From: an uncultured delta proteobacterium
GTDB taxonomy: Bacteria > Myxococcota_A > UBA9160 > UBA4427
NCBI GenBank assembly: GCA_963822965.1
Contig: CAWGJT010000010.1
Span: 960,001 to 1,024,000 of the forward strand
Direction of reading: 5' to 3'
Length of the DNA stretch: 64,000 nt
Shown here: positions 27,505 to 40,059 of the stretch, in pieces
Numbering within the stretch: the stretch's first letter is position 1
Layout of the letters: the number at the start of each line of letters is the position of its first letter
Made by a program: the position numbers and the translations under genes
The notes under the pieces: generated by a model
Seen by the model: only the letters and a program-made list of their open reading frames with translations
What the model was told of the DNA's origin: nothing
Database searches by the model: none

Positions 27505-27535
27505 TCGCGCCACACCGCCTTCACCTTGGACGGGC

Positions 27536-28321
27536 TCAGACGAAGAACCACAGGGACAGGGGCGCGCCGCTCGCATCCACGAAGCGGCCGCTCCAGAGCC
27601 AGGCCGCCAGCAGGATCGAGGCGTTCGTGGCTCCGTGGAGCACGATCACGGCGTAGAGGTCCTTGCGGTAATAGAACCAGAGGTTCGAGAGCGCCACCCA
27701 CGGAATCGCCACCCACCATTCCCAGGGTTGATGACCGAGGGTGAAGAGCACGACCGTCACGGTGAAGCTCTTCAGGGTGAAACGCGCGAGGGGAACCCGC
27801 CGGAAGTCCCCGCGGCGCTGGAACACCTCGCTGTAGCGCATCACGAAGCTGCGAATGAAGAGCTCTTCGAAGACCGGCGTGACGAGTGCGTACCCGAGCA
27901 TCCGCAGGCCCAGGGTCACGCCGACGAGGGACGGACCGAGCTGCTCCGGGTCGAAGGCCGCCGGATCGGCCGGTCGGATGGCGTCGAAGACCAAGTAGGG
28001 GGCCATCCAGAGGGCCGCGAGCGCGACGCCCACGATCGCGTCCAGGACCCGTCCGCCGGGTCCGAAGCCTACGCCGCGCAGCTCGGGGTACGCGCCGCGG
28101 GCCGCGAAGTAGACCAGGAGGCCCGCAGGCACCGCAGGCTTGGCCAGCAGGGCGACCCAGCCGCCGACCTCGGCGGGCAGCACCCGGCAGAGCTCCACGA
28201 CTCCGAGGAACGCAAAGTAGGGGAGCACGTACGGCCACCACCCGTGCCCCCTGGCGGCCCCGGCGCGGGTGCCCGGGTTCGGTCGCCCGGAAGACGGCCG
28301 GGCGGGGTTCGTCTCGCTCAC
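27536..28321 (-). CDS. CAAX prenyl protease-related (CPBP/Rce1 family) intramembrane metalloprotease, PEP-CTERM-system type
   Basis: PVFEELFIRSF, FTLGH and VLHGATN motifs; multi-pass membrane protein. Confidence 0.9.
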   Translation of the reverse strand: MSETNPARPSSGRPNPGTRAGAARGHGWWPYVLPYFAFLGVVELCRVLPAEVGGWVALLAKPAVPAGLLVYFAARGAYPELRGVGFGPGGRVLDAIVGVALAALWMAPYLVFDAIRPADPAAFDPEQLGPSLVGVTLGLRMLGYALVTPVFEELFIRSFVMRYSEVFQRRGDFRRVPLARFTLKSFTVTVVLFTLGHQPWEWWVAIPWVALSNLWFYYRKDLYAVIVLHGATNASILLAAWLWSGRFVDASGAPLSLWFFV

Positions 28322-28415
28322 GGCTGCCTCGCCTCCTGGTTCCGGCCTGAGCCCGGACTCGACCACTTGGTATCAGCTCGCACGGGCGCTCGCATTCGGT
28401 CTACCCTGCCCCGCC

Positions 28416-29462
28416 ATGACCTCTAGCTCCCAGGACCGACCCGTCGGCATCGTCGTGAATCCCCTGTCCGGACGGGACGTCCGGCGGCTCGCGGCTCGCG
28501 CCGGCACGTCGACCCCCGAAGACAAGCGCAACCAGGTCCAGCGGATCATCGTGGGCGCGGCCGCGGGCGGCGCGCGCAAGGTCGTGCTCGTGCGCGACCC
28601 GTTCCGGATCGCGGACGCGGCGGTGGAGGCGCTCGGGGTCGAGGTGGAGACCCAGCTGCTGGATCTCGACACCCGTTGCCACCCGCGCGACACGCCGGCT
28701 GCCGCGGAGGCCATGCGCAAGTGCGGGTGCGGCGTCCCTGGTCGTGCTCGGCGGGCGACGGCACGAACCGGCAGATCGCACGCATCTGGCCGGACGCTCC
28801 GCTGGTCCCGGTCTCCACCGGCACCAACAACGTGTTTCCGAGCATGGTCGAGGCGACCCTCGCCGGCGCGGCGGCCGGGCTCGTCGCCTCCGGACGCATT
28901 CCGCTGGAGGCGGTGAGCCGCCCCGCCAAGGTGGTGCGGGTCGTCCATCGAAGGCGAGCCGGACGACCTGGCGCTGATCGACGCCGTGCTTCTCGTCGAC
29001 GACAGCGTGGGCAACCGCTTGCCCTTCGCCCCGGAGAACATCCGGCACATCGTCGTTTCGCGCGCCGATCCCTGCGCGGTGGGCATCTCGCCCGTGGCGG
29101 GGCTGCTGCATCCGACGAACGCCGACGACGAGCGGGGGGTCGAGGTGACGTGCGGCGAAGGGGGGGCCCCGCTGCTGGTGCCGATCTCGCCGGGCCTGTA
29201 TCGCCAGCTCTCCATCGTCGCCTCCCGCCCGCTCGAGCTTGGCGAGACGGTGACCTTCTGGGGTCCCGGGGTGCTGGCCTTCGACGGAGACCGGGAGCGC
29301 GTGCTCGCGGCGGGACGCAGCGCGCGGCTGTGGGTCGAGCGCTCGGGCCCCCGGGTGATCGACGTGCGGGCGACCCTCGAGGAGGCCGCCCGCCGGGGCT
29401 GCTACGCGGACGGAAGGCACTGGCACGACCACCGGACGTCCGTCTCCTCCACGTGCTGTTGA
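28416..29462 (+). CDS. ATP-NAD kinase / AcoX-like protein, frameshifted
   Basis: VGIVVNPLSGRDVRRL, GDGTNR, STGTNNVFP and LAFDGDRE; indels near 28740 and 28945. Confidence 0.85.
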
Positions 29463-29480
29463 CGTGGTAGGGTGACACCC

Positions 29481-30710
29481 ATGCGTCGTCGTCTCGTTGC
29501 CCCTGCCCGCGCGCGCCCTGCCTCTCTTATCGGGCTCGCGGCGCGTTCAGGGCTCGTGGCGCTGCCCGGACTCGCGGTGCTGCTGGCGGCCGGAGGGCTC
29601 CTCGCCCTGCCCCGCCCCGCCGTTGCCGACGCCTGCGCGTCGGTCTGCGACGATCCACAGCAGGTGGCGGCGTGTCGCGACGAGCGGCCCGTGTGGGGCT
29701 TCCGCGAGCCGGGCGGCGTCTGCCGCGGCGGCAGCTTCGGCTATCTCGAGTCCCGCGACAGCGCCGACGCCGAGCGCCTTCGGCTCGCGCGCGAGTACAA
29801 GCGGCGGTGCGACGCGAGCGGTGACTGCGAGCGCTTCGAAGCGCTCGATCAGGCCGAGGTCGTCTGCCTGGCCTGCGCGCCCGCGCCGGGACCGGCTCCG
29901 GTCTCTGCGTCCGGCCCGCACGAGCGCTCGGCGTCCGGGTCCGGCGGCGCCCCGGGAAGACCACCGCCCTGCGAAGAGGACGAGTGGCTGCAGGTGGCGA
30001 CGCCGACCACCCCCGCCCGCTGCTTCGTGGAGTTCGTCGGACTGCCGCCCCGGATCGCGCTGCAGGGTCGTTGCGTCCAGGGCGACTGCCGATCGGGCCT
30101 GGGCACCCTCCGCTGGCCCACGGGCGAGAGCTACGTAGGCAGCTTCCGCGACGGCAAGCGCAACGGACAGGGGACCTTCAGCTGGCCCGACGGGCGCCGC
30201 TACGTGGGCGAGTGGCGCGACGGGCAGCCCGGCGGTCTCGGCACGCGCATCTTCGCCAACGGCCGCTACAAGGCGGGCTACTTCGATCGGGGGCGCTACC
30301 TCGGCGCCGATGTCGACCAGGTGAAGGCGAGCCTCGCGCACGAGACCCCTCGGCCCGCTCCCGCACCCACCCCCGAGAACGCCCGGAGCTGCGAGGAGGT
30401 CTGCACCGAGGATGCCGAGCTCCGGCTCGGGCGAATCAACGACGAGTACGAGTGCTGCTTCGCCCGCCATGCCTTCTGCACCCAGAAGGTGGATATCGCC
30501 CTGGACGCGTGCTCCGATCGCGGCTGTGCCGAGGCCGTCCGGCAGCAACGAGAGGACTGCAACCTCCGCTATGCGTGCGATGCGGTGCAGACGGAGAAGC
30601 TCGCGCGCTTCCGGCGGGGCGAAGCCGCTTGCATCGAGGGCTGCTCGTCCCAGGAGCTCGACGGGCAGGGCTTGCGCATCTCGGAGCGCGGCACGCTCTA
30701 CGACGAGTAG
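29481..30710 (+). CDS. Secreted Cys-rich MORN-repeat protein
   Basis: Signal peptide; CVQGDC followed by MORN repeats (YVGSFRDGKRNGQG, YVGEWRDGQPGGLG); Cys-rich N- and C-terminal regions. Confidence 0.8.
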   Translation: MRRRLVAPARARPASLIGLAARSGLVALPGLAVLLAAGGLLALPRPAVADACASVCDDPQQVAACRDERPVWGFREPGGVCRGGSFGYLESRDSADAERLRLAREYKRRCDASGDCERFEALDQAEVVCLACAPAPGPAPVSASGPHERSASGSGGAPGRPPPCEEDEWLQVATPTTPARCFVEFVGLPPRIALQGRCVQGDCRSGLGTLRWPTGESYVGSFRDGKRNGQGTFSWPDGRRYVGEWRDGQPGGLGTRIFANGRYKAGYFDRGRYLGADVDQVKASLAHETPRPAPAPTPENARSCEEVCTEDAELRLGRINDEYECCFARHAFCTQKVDIALDACSDRGCAEAVRQQREDCNLRYACDAVQTEKLARFRRGEAACIEGCSSQELDGQGLRISERGTLYDE

Positions 30711-30782
30711 CTGCCGAAGAGCCGGGATGGCTCGGCGTGCGCTGTCCGAATCCCGGGGGTTCGTCTGCCGGAGGGGAGTCGT

Positions 30783-31040
30783 TCAGCGGGGCGGCTCGCG
30801 CAGCCGGTCCAGGAGTCGCTCGAGGCCGTTCGCCTTCACCTCGTAGAGCAACGCCAACAGCTCTCCCAGACGTCCACGCGGAAATCCCTGCGCGCGGAAC
30901 CACACCACGTACGGCTCGGGGAGATCCAGGAGCACGCGACCGCGGTAGCGGCCGAAGGGCATCCGCGTGCGAGCGAGCTCGACCAGCAGCGCGGCATCCG
31001 GCTCGTCGCTCCCCTTCGGCTCCCCTTCCCTGCGCGCCAT
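30783..31040 (-). CDS. DUF3820 family protein
   Basis: MPFGRYRGRVLLDLPEPYVVWF...FPRGRLGELL...KANGLE signature. Confidence 0.88.
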   Translation of the reverse strand: MARREGEPKGSDEPDAALLVELARTRMPFGRYRGRVLLDLPEPYVVWFRAQGFPRGRLGELLALLYEVKANGLERLLDRLREPPR

Positions 31041-31078
31041 CGCGCGGCAGGGTAGCCCGACCGCCACCGGCGCCAGGC

Positions 31079-32539
31079 TCAGGGCTGCCGGCGATAGACG
31101 AACCACTGGAAGCCGTCCCCGGGTCCGTGCTCGAACGTCACGACGCGCTGGTAGTGCAGCCCGGGGACCGGCATGAACACGGGGTCGGGATCGTGCCCGG
31201 CCTTCCAGTCGTGTCGCAGGTACCACTCCGGCCCCTCCGGAGGCCATTGGTCCCGTGTCAGGTAGACGACCGGCCGTCCCGAGGCGATTCCCGGCGCGTA
31301 GAAGCCGAGCAGCAGGCGATTGCGGAAGTCGTGATCGCCGCCCACCCGGATCACGGGACCCGTGGTCTGCTGGTCCATGTAGGCCAGGGTACGGGCGTAG
31401 TCGTCGCGCCCCTCCGCCAGCACCCGTGCGGTGAGCCCGGTGTTCGCCGCGACGAACCCCGCCAGCACGAGGGTGGCTGCGAGCCGCCCCGCGCGCCCCT
31501 GGCGCCACGCGTCCCCCAGCCCGATCGCCACCAGCAGGTAGAACCACGGGAACGCGACGAGCAGGTAGCGGGCGTAGAGCAGCTCGGGATCGGCGAACAG
31601 GATGATCGCGGCCGGTGCCACCCCGATCGTCACGCCCAGCAGGACGATGCGCCGGTCTCCCGTTCGCACCAGCACGCGGCCGGCCTGGAAGGCCAGCACG
31701 CCGGCGATGCCCGTCGCGACCCAGGTGAGGGGCCCGCGCCGAGGAAGCGCCATGGTCTGGGCGATGGCCTGTCGGACCACCGTGAAGCGGTCGTAGCGGG
31801 GCCCGCCTCCCACCTGGAGGTCGGCGTAGAAGAGCGCGTAGGCGAGGCCGGTCAGCAGCAGCGGGACGCCGTGTGCCCGCGCTACGCGACGGAGATCGTG
31901 GCCCCTCGATCCCCCGCCGAGGACGAGCGCCAGGCGCCAGGCCAGGACGCCCGCGAGCCCGTACGCGAACGTGGGATGGAAGAGCAGACCCACGGCGGCC
32001 ACCGCCCACAGCCCGATGTCGCGCAGCCACTCGCGCGTGCGTGCGTCCCGCCCCGTGTCCCGTCCGGCGTCGAGAGCGAAGTAGACGAGGGAGCAGAGAA
32101 TCGCCCCGGCGTAGCCCCGCGCCTGGGCAGACGCGGAGACGAGCGGATACGACGTCGCAGCGAGGGCCAGGACGAAGGCCGCCTCCGCACGACCCCACCG
32201 GCGCCCGATCCGGTACAGCACCGCGAGCGAGACGGCGCCGGTCACCTCGGCCGGGATCCGGAACAGGAACCAGTGCGCCTGCGCGAGAGGACCGTCGACG
32301 GCTCGCAGATAGAGCGTGTTCAGCAGGTGGTTGTTGTCGTGGTGGAAGCCCGTGAAGATCTCGAGCGCGGTGCGGGCCTGCCGGGCGATGGCGAGGGACC
32401 AGACCTCGTCGAGCCAGAAGCTCTCGAAGCCCATCGCCACCCGCAGCGCCACGCCGACCGCCAGGAGCCCGGCGATCGCCAGCGAGAACGCCCTGGACGG
32501 AGGCTTCGTGTCCTGGCGATCCGCGGGCCCGCTCGTCAC
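31079..32539 (-). CDS. GT-C-type (family 39/83-like) polytopic glycosyltransferase
   Basis: FWLDE after TM1, HHDNNH, RIPA, QARGY and RYL motifs; about 11 TM helices. Confidence 0.75.
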   Translation of the reverse strand: MTSGPADRQDTKPPSRAFSLAIAGLLAVGVALRVAMGFESFWLDEVWSLAIARQARTALEIFTGFHHDNNHLLNTLYLRAVDGPLAQAHWFLFRIPAEVTGAVSLAVLYRIGRRWGRAEAAFVLALAATSYPLVSASAQARGYAGAILCSLVYFALDAGRDTGRDARTREWLRDIGLWAVAAVGLLFHPTFAYGLAGVLAWRLALVLGGGSRGHDLRRVARAHGVPLLLTGLAYALFYADLQVGGGPRYDRFTVVRQAIAQTMALPRRGPLTWVATGIAGVLAFQAGRVLVRTGDRRIVLLGVTIGVAPAAIILFADPELLYARYLLVAFPWFYLLVAIGLGDAWRQGRAGRLAATLVLAGFVAANTGLTARVLAEGRDDYARTLAYMDQQTTGPVIRVGGDHDFRNRLLLGFYAPGIASGRPVVYLTRDQWPPEGPEWYLRHDWKAGHDPDPVFMPVPGLHYQRVVTFEHGPGDGFQWFVYRRQP

Positions 32540-32621
32540 GGAGCGAGCATACTGGAGGCGGTGGGCGGCAGCCGAGCCGCCCGGGGCAGAGCCCGGGCGA
32601 GGGGATCTCTCGAGCCCCTCC

Positions 32622-33816
<1,195 letters not shown>

Positions 33817-33832
33817 CGTGGCCCGGACGCCT

Positions 33833-34234
33833 TCAGGCGTCCTGCAGCTCGTAGGCCCGGGGATCGCGCTTCCGGTGCTCCAGCACGAACTGGAACTGGT
33901 GATCGCCCAGCTCGATCCGGTCGCCGTTCTTGAGCTCGGTGGTGAGGGTGCCGCCCCCGTTGACCAGGACGCCGTTGGTGCTGCCGAGGTCGCGCAGGCA
34001 CATGGCGCCGTCCATGACCTCGAAGGCCGCGTGCTCCCGGGACATGGTCCGATCGTCGAAGGCGAGGTCGACGCCGGGCCCGCGGCCAACCGTGGTGCGC
34101 TCGCGCACGAGCTCGTACTCGTTTCCGGCCGTGGCGCCCGAGAGGGTCACGATCACGGCGCGGTGCGCCGCGAGAAAAGGGTGCTGCTGGACCGGCAGCT
34201 CGCGCCGGACCTTCTTCGTGCGTCCGTCCTGCAT
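33833..34234 (-). CDS. FHA domain protein
   Basis: VGRG, MSREH, DLGSTNGVLVNG and GDRIELG; directly upstream of the kinase. Confidence 0.9.
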   Translation of the reverse strand: MQDGRTKKVRRELPVQQHPFLAAHRAVIVTLSGATAGNEYELVRERTTVGRGPGVDLAFDDRTMSREHAAFEVMDGAMCLRDLGSTNGVLVNGGGTLTTELKNGDRIELGDHQFQFVLEHRKRDPRAYELQDA

Positions 34235-34377
34235 CGAGGACCTCCTGACTGGCCCGGATCGGCTCCGCCGCAGCCGCGCTTGAGACCCGCGGCCGAGTCG
34301 CCGCCCGGCTGCGCGCGCGCGCGCCGGCAGCGCCGGGGCCCAGGCCGCGGGCGCGCCGCGTGTTTCGGCGGATGGAG

Positions 34378-34761
34378 TCAGGCGCCGCGCAAGCTGTCCA
34401 GGCTCCACTTGCCCGCGCCGTGGGCGGCCACGTAGAGGAAGACGAAGCAGAAGAGCACGGCGAGCTCGCCGCCGTTCAGGAGCGGGAACAGGTGCTTGGT
34501 GCCGTGGGCGATCCAGTAGGCCGCGGCCATCAGCCCGGAGCACAGGAACGCTGCGTGACGCGTGAAGAGGCCGAGCGCGACGAGCGCCCCGCCCACCAGC
34601 TCGATCGTGCCCGCCACGTAGATGATCACCGCAGGCGCGTCCGGTGCCGCCTGGGGGTACCCGAGGAGCTTCTGCGAGCCGTGGAAGAAGAAGAGCAGGC
34701 CGGCCATGACGCGCAGGGCCGCGTAGGTCTCGCCGGTGAAGCGCCTCATGAAGCTGGCCAT
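34378..34761 (-). CDS. DoxX family membrane protein
   Basis: LRVMAGLLFFFHGSQKL, ELVGG, GLFTR and NGGELA. Confidence 0.92.
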   Translation of the reverse strand: MASFMRRFTGETYAALRVMAGLLFFFHGSQKLLGYPQAAPDAPAVIIYVAGTIELVGGALVALGLFTRHAAFLCSGLMAAAYWIAHGTKHLFPLLNGGELAVLFCFVFLYVAAHGAGKWSLDSLRGA

Positions 34762-34888
34762 GGAATCTCCCGTTCGCTTTCGTGGTTCGGGACAGGCTAA
34801 CGAAGCCCGGGCGATGTGCGGCTCCGCACATCGCCCGGACCGTGCCGGGGTGCTCAAGAGAAGCCCCGTTCCGGCCGAATCCGTGTCG

Positions 34889-36001
34889 ATGGCAATCCGT
34901 TCCGACGACGAATCCGGGCCGCCCGGCCGGCAGCGCGTGCGCGGATTCCTGGAGTCCGTCGTCACGCGGGCGGGCACCGGCGTGGGACGGCTGCGGGACG
35001 CCGCGATGGAGATCTCCGGCTCGCCCGTGGTGGCCCACGCCCTGGCGGCCCGGGAGCGCGGCAACGTGGAGGCCGCCTTCTGGCTGCTGGGGGAGGCCTT
35101 CGGCGCGAACCCCGAGGCCGACGGCGTGGCCGTCCACTACTGGAACGTCGCCCTCGACCTGGGACGGGTCGACATCGCGTCGCCCGCCGGTGTGCAGCTC
35201 GTCGAGCGGCACGCCGCAGCCGGCGACCGCGAGCTGGCGGCGCAGTACTGGCTCGAGCTCGCCAGCGCCGCGCCGGACGTCTTCGTCTCCCCCGGCGCCA
35301 TCGCGACGATCCTGCCGGCCCTGAAGCAGCGACTGGCGGAGTCCGACGCCGAGCACGTCCCCGAGCTTCGCGGACGGCTGCGCCGGGCGATGCGCCAGGC
35401 CGTCGATCCCCGAAACAGCGACCTGCATCCCGGGGTCGCCCTGCGGCTCTTCGAGCAGGGTCGCGAGCTGAACCCCGAGGCGGCCCGCCGGGCGGCCGAG
35501 GTGGCCCTCAAGTCGCCGAACCTGCACCAGGCGAAGCGCACGCGCCTGGAGGAGGCCCTGGCCCCCCAGCCCGTGCAGCGCTTCAAGCTCTTCGTCGGGG
35601 TGCCGGTGGAGCTCGGCCCGGACGCCATCGTGCTGCGGGACGAGAACGGCATCGACGTACCGATCCCCTACCAGGGCATCCAGGCCGTCGCGGCGGCCGA
35701 GGTGTCGGGCCTCGGTCCCGAGCCGGTCGCGGTGATCGACCTGATCCGCCGCATGCGGGGTGCTTCCCGGGCCGAGCCGCCGCTCATCGCCCGCATCCGC
35801 GGCGACAGCCTCGACGTGGCGGCACTGCTCGGGGAGCCCGGCCTCTCGGCTTCGGACCTCAGCGCCTTCCTGGGCGAGATCCTGGAGCGCACCCGCGCCG
35901 TGCCCCTGCCCGATCCGGAGAGCGCTCTGGGCGTGCGGCTCGCCTGCTTCGCGAGCTTGGCGGAGTACGAGAGCGAGGTCCTGAGCCTGCTCCCGGGATA
36001 G
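34889..36001 (+). CDS. Hypothetical protein (helical N-terminal part, alpha/beta C-terminal part)
   Basis: Long ORF with typical codon bias filling the gap between doxX and the GGDEF gene; no motif recognised. Confidence 0.7.
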   Translation: MAIRSDDESGPPGRQRVRGFLESVVTRAGTGVGRLRDAAMEISGSPVVAHALAARERGNVEAAFWLLGEAFGANPEADGVAVHYWNVALDLGRVDIASPAGVQLVERHAAAGDRELAAQYWLELASAAPDVFVSPGAIATILPALKQRLAESDAEHVPELRGRLRRAMRQAVDPRNSDLHPGVALRLFEQGRELNPEAARRAAEVALKSPNLHQAKRTRLEEALAPQPVQRFKLFVGVPVELGPDAIVLRDENGIDVPIPYQGIQAVAAAEVSGLGPEPVAVIDLIRRMRGASRAEPPLIARIRGDSLDVAALLGEPGLSASDLSAFLGEILERTRAVPLPDPESALGVRLACFASLAEYESEVLSLLPG

Positions 36002-36110
36002 AGAATCCGACGAGCCGGATTCACCAGCCTCGTCGGAGGCTTGCGACGTAACCCTCGACGGGGATGGAAGGGGTTCTCGCGAGTCGGGCGACCCGGGACG
36101 GGCCCGGCTC

Positions 36111-37025
<915 letters not shown>

Positions 37026-37186
37026 CGGCGCCTCATGGCTGAATTCGCGTGGTGCGCCGCGCCCCGGATCGGGATGGGCCCCATACACACGATGTGGTTT
37101 CCTCGCCACAGAGCCGGATGTGACCCTGTCACCCCCCTGTCGGGCTAGACTGCCCCTGCTCGGAAGCCACGCCTCGCCGATCTCCA

Positions 37187-38308
37187 ATGGAGCTCCTCAT
37201 GGTCTCGACCCCGGAACCGCCGAGCGAGGACGCCCTCCTCTCGCGCGCCCTCGCGGTGACGATCCGCCTGGCCATGGTCACCCTGGTAGTCGTCGCGTGC
37301 TTCCAGATCCTGCGCCCCTTCCTGATCCCCATCGTCTGGGGCGGCATCATCGCGGTGGCCGTGTACCCCGCGCACCTTGCCGTCACCCGGCGCCTCGGGG
37401 ATCGGCCGCGCCTCTCGGCTGCCCTCCTCACGGCGGTGGGGCTCCTCGCGCTCCTGATCCCCATCGGGCTCTTCGCGGGCTCCATGGTCGAGAGCGCCCA
37501 GCAGCTCGCCGGTCGGATCCAGGGCCAGCCGTTGCAGGTGCCGCCACCGCCGGCGGGCCTGGCCGACTGGCCGATCGTGGGAGAGCGCCTCTTCGACGCC
37601 TGGAGCAAGGCCCAGGCGAACCTGGGCGACACGATCCACCAGTTCGCCCCGCAGCTCCGGGCCGTGGGCGGCTGGCTGCTGTCCGCGGGCGCCGGCACCG
37701 GCGCGGCCCTCGGACAGTTCCTGATCTCGATCGTGATCGCGGGGGCGTTCCTCGCCGGCTCCGAGGGCAGCCTGAGCATCGTGGGAAGGATCGTCGCCAG
37801 GCTGGCCGGGCCCCAGGGCGCAAGCTACGTGGCGATCGTGGGCCAGACGGTGCGAAGCGTCGCCCTCGGCATCGTGGGTGTGGCCGTGATCCAGGCGACG
37901 TTGATCGGCCTCGGCTTCGTGGCGGTGGGCGTTCCGCACGCGGGCGTTTGGTCCCTGGCGTGCCTCGCCCTCGCCGTGCTGCAGCTGCCCGCCGCCCTCG
38001 TGGTGCTCCCGGTCGTGGTCTACGTCTTCTCGACCGAGTCCACGGGCGTGGCCGTCGTCTTCGCGATCTGGAGCCTGATGGCAGGGCTCAGCGACAACGT
38101 GCTGAAGCCCCTCCTGCTGGGGCGCGGGTCGACTGCGCCCATGATCGTGATCTTCATGGGCTCGATCGGGGGCTTCCTCATGGCCGGCTTCATCGGCCTC
38201 TTCGTCGGCGCCGTGGTGCTGGCCCTGGGCTACGAGCTGCTGCACGTGTGGCTGGGCGAGCAGCCGGCTCCCGCGATCGGGGACAAGCCCGCGGTTGCCG
38301 CGGAGTAG
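37187..38308 (+). CDS. AI-2E family transporter
   Basis: PFLIPIVWG, DNVLKPLLLGRG and GFIGLFVGAV; polytopic. Confidence 0.9.
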   Translation: MELLMVSTPEPPSEDALLSRALAVTIRLAMVTLVVVACFQILRPFLIPIVWGGIIAVAVYPAHLAVTRRLGDRPRLSAALLTAVGLLALLIPIGLFAGSMVESAQQLAGRIQGQPLQVPPPPAGLADWPIVGERLFDAWSKAQANLGDTIHQFAPQLRAVGGWLLSAGAGTGAALGQFLISIVIAGAFLAGSEGSLSIVGRIVARLAGPQGASYVAIVGQTVRSVALGIVGVAVIQATLIGLGFVAVGVPHAGVWSLACLALAVLQLPAALVVLPVVVYVFSTESTGVAVVFAIWSLMAGLSDNVLKPLLLGRGSTAPMIVIFMGSIGGFLMAGFIGLFVGAVVLALGYELLHVWLGEQPAPAIGDKPAVAAE

Positions 38309-38329
38309 GCGCACACGGAAGCCGACCTG

Positions 38330-38989
38330 GTGAGCGACCTGCCGCCCTCCTCCGAGCCGCCCCGCGACGCCTGGCTCGCGCGCGACCCGCTCCCCGCCGA
38401 GCCGGTGGCGATCGTCGAGCGCTGGCTGGCCGAAGCCTTCGCGGAGGGGGGGCAACCGAGCCCGCACGCCGTCGCCCTCGCGACGGTGGACGCCGATGGG
38501 CGGCCCAGCGTTCGCATGGTCCTCTGCAACCAGATCGACGTGGCGCGCGGTGCCTTCACGATCTACACGAACCGCGAGAGCCGCAAGGGACGCGCGCTGG
38601 CCCACGACCCGCGCGCGGCGATGACCTTCCACTGGCCGGGCCGGCAGGTCCGCATCGAGGGACACGTGGAGTGGACGCCGGACGAGGCCTGCGACGCCTA
38701 CTTCGCGAGTCGTCCCCTCGAGGCGCGCCTCGGCGCCTGGGCGAGCCGGCAGAGCCAGCCGGTCGCGTCGCGAGCCGTCCTGCTGGCCGAGGTGGAAGCC
38801 GCCGCGCAGCGCTTCCAGGCACGCCACGAGCACGACGTGGTGCCGCGCCCCCCGCACTGGGGCGGCTTCACGCTGGTCGCCGAATCCGTCGAGCTGTGGG
38901 TCGACCGTCGGGGCCGCATCCACGATCGTGCCGTGTGGCGCCGCGACGCCGAAGGCGGCCCCTGGCAGGCCACGCGCCTCCAACCTTGA
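38330..38989 (+). CDS. pdxH: Pyridoxamine 5'-phosphate oxidase
   Basis: LATV..DGRPSVRMVL, YTNRESRKG, RQVRIEG, YFASRP, RPPHWGG, RIHDR and RLQP. Confidence 0.92.
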   Translation: MSDLPPSSEPPRDAWLARDPLPAEPVAIVERWLAEAFAEGGQPSPHAVALATVDADGRPSVRMVLCNQIDVARGAFTIYTNRESRKGRALAHDPRAAMTFHWPGRQVRIEGHVEWTPDEACDAYFASRPLEARLGAWASRQSQPVASRAVLLAEVEAAAQRFQARHEHDVVPRPPHWGGFTLVAESVELWVDRRGRIHDRAVWRRDAEGGPWQATRLQP

Positions 38990-39035
38990 GGCGGAGATCT
39001 CCGTTCCCGGCGGGAGCCGGGAACGGAGCACCGGG

Positions 39036-39449
39036 TCAGCCGGCCTGCACCTGGATCGTGCGCGGTTGGTGCTTCTCCGCCTTGCGCAGCTCGAGCTCGA
39101 GCACGCCGTTGCGCAGCGAGGCGGTCACCCCGTCCGGATCGATGTCCTCGGAGATCTGGAACTCCCGGTGATAGGAGCCGAAACGGTACTCGCGGTGCAG
39201 GGGGCGCCAGCTCTCGTCGGGAAGCGTCTGGAGCTGCGCGTCGATGGTGAGACTGCCGCGCTCCAGCCGTACGTCCACGGACTGCTCGTCGGCGCCGGGC
39301 AGGTCGGCATACACCACGTAGGCGTCGCTCCGCTCGAGAATGTCCACGTCGGGCCGAAAGACCGGACCCGGCCGGGTGCCTTCGCGCTCGAGAGCAGCCT
39401 TGTCGCGCAGCTCGAGGTCTGTGCGGGTGGCCTGGGGTTCGTTGGCCAT
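39036..39449 (-). CDS. Hsp20/alpha-crystallin small heat shock protein
   Basis: PDVDILE, ADLPG and NGVLEL. Confidence 0.92.
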   Translation of the reverse strand: MANEPQATRTDLELRDKAALEREGTRPGPVFRPDVDILERSDAYVVYADLPGADEQSVDVRLERGSLTIDAQLQTLPDESWRPLHREYRFGSYHREFQISEDIDPDGVTASLRNGVLELELRKAEKHQPRTIQVQAG

Positions 39450-39492
39450 GATCTTCCTCCTGTGCGTTCTCCAGTGTCTCGTGGTCGTCGCC

Positions 39493-39942
39493 TCAGCTCG
39501 TCTGGATGGAGATGCGTCGCGGCTGCCGCTCGGGCGTCTTGGGAAGCCGCAGCAGCAGGACGCCGTTGCGGTGTACCGCCTCCACCTTCTCGACGTCGAC
39601 GTCGGCGGGAAGCTCGAACGCGCGGCGGAAGGCGCCGCTCTGGCGCTCGCGCCGGTGCACCCCACCGGGGACGTTCGAGTAGTCGATCTTGCGTTCGCCG
39701 CGCAGGGTCACCGTGCTGCCCTCGATGGAGAGCTCGAGATCCTCGGGGCCCACGCCCGGGAGCTCCGTGGTGAGCATGTAGGAATCGGTGGTCTCGTAGA
39801 GGTTGACCGCCGGAAAGACGCCCCGCCGGGCTTCCAGAGGGCTGTCCGAGAAGCGGTTGAAGACGGCATCCATCTCGCGACGGAGGTCGTCGAAGCCCCC
39901 CCAGGGCCCCAGTCCGGGGCGGTAAAGACGGTACTGAGCCAT
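39493..39942 (-). CDS. Hsp20/alpha-crystallin small heat shock protein
   Basis: FPAVNLYE, ELPGV, HRRER..G.FRR and NGVLLLRLPK. Confidence 0.93.
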   Translation of the reverse strand: MAQYRLYRPGLGPWGGFDDLRREMDAVFNRFSDSPLEARRGVFPAVNLYETTDSYMLTTELPGVGPEDLELSIEGSTVTLRGERKIDYSNVPGGVHRRERQSGAFRRAFELPADVDVEKVEAVHRNGVLLLRLPKTPERQPRRISIQTS

Positions 39943-40030
39943 CGTCGTCCTCCTTCCTTGGCTTCGTTCGAATCGTTCTGCTTCCTGGTTGCCGGGCCCC
40001 GGCCCGACGGGCCGCTCCGACGGCGTTCTT

Positions 40031-40059
40031 GGATGTGCACGGGCGCCGGGGTTGTCAAG
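40031..40059 (-). promoter_or_regulatory. Candidate promoter of the hsp20 pair (heat-shock-like)
   Basis: Minus strand CTTGACA...GCACATCC about 90 bp upstream of the first hsp20; -10 box imperfect. Confidence 0.35.
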
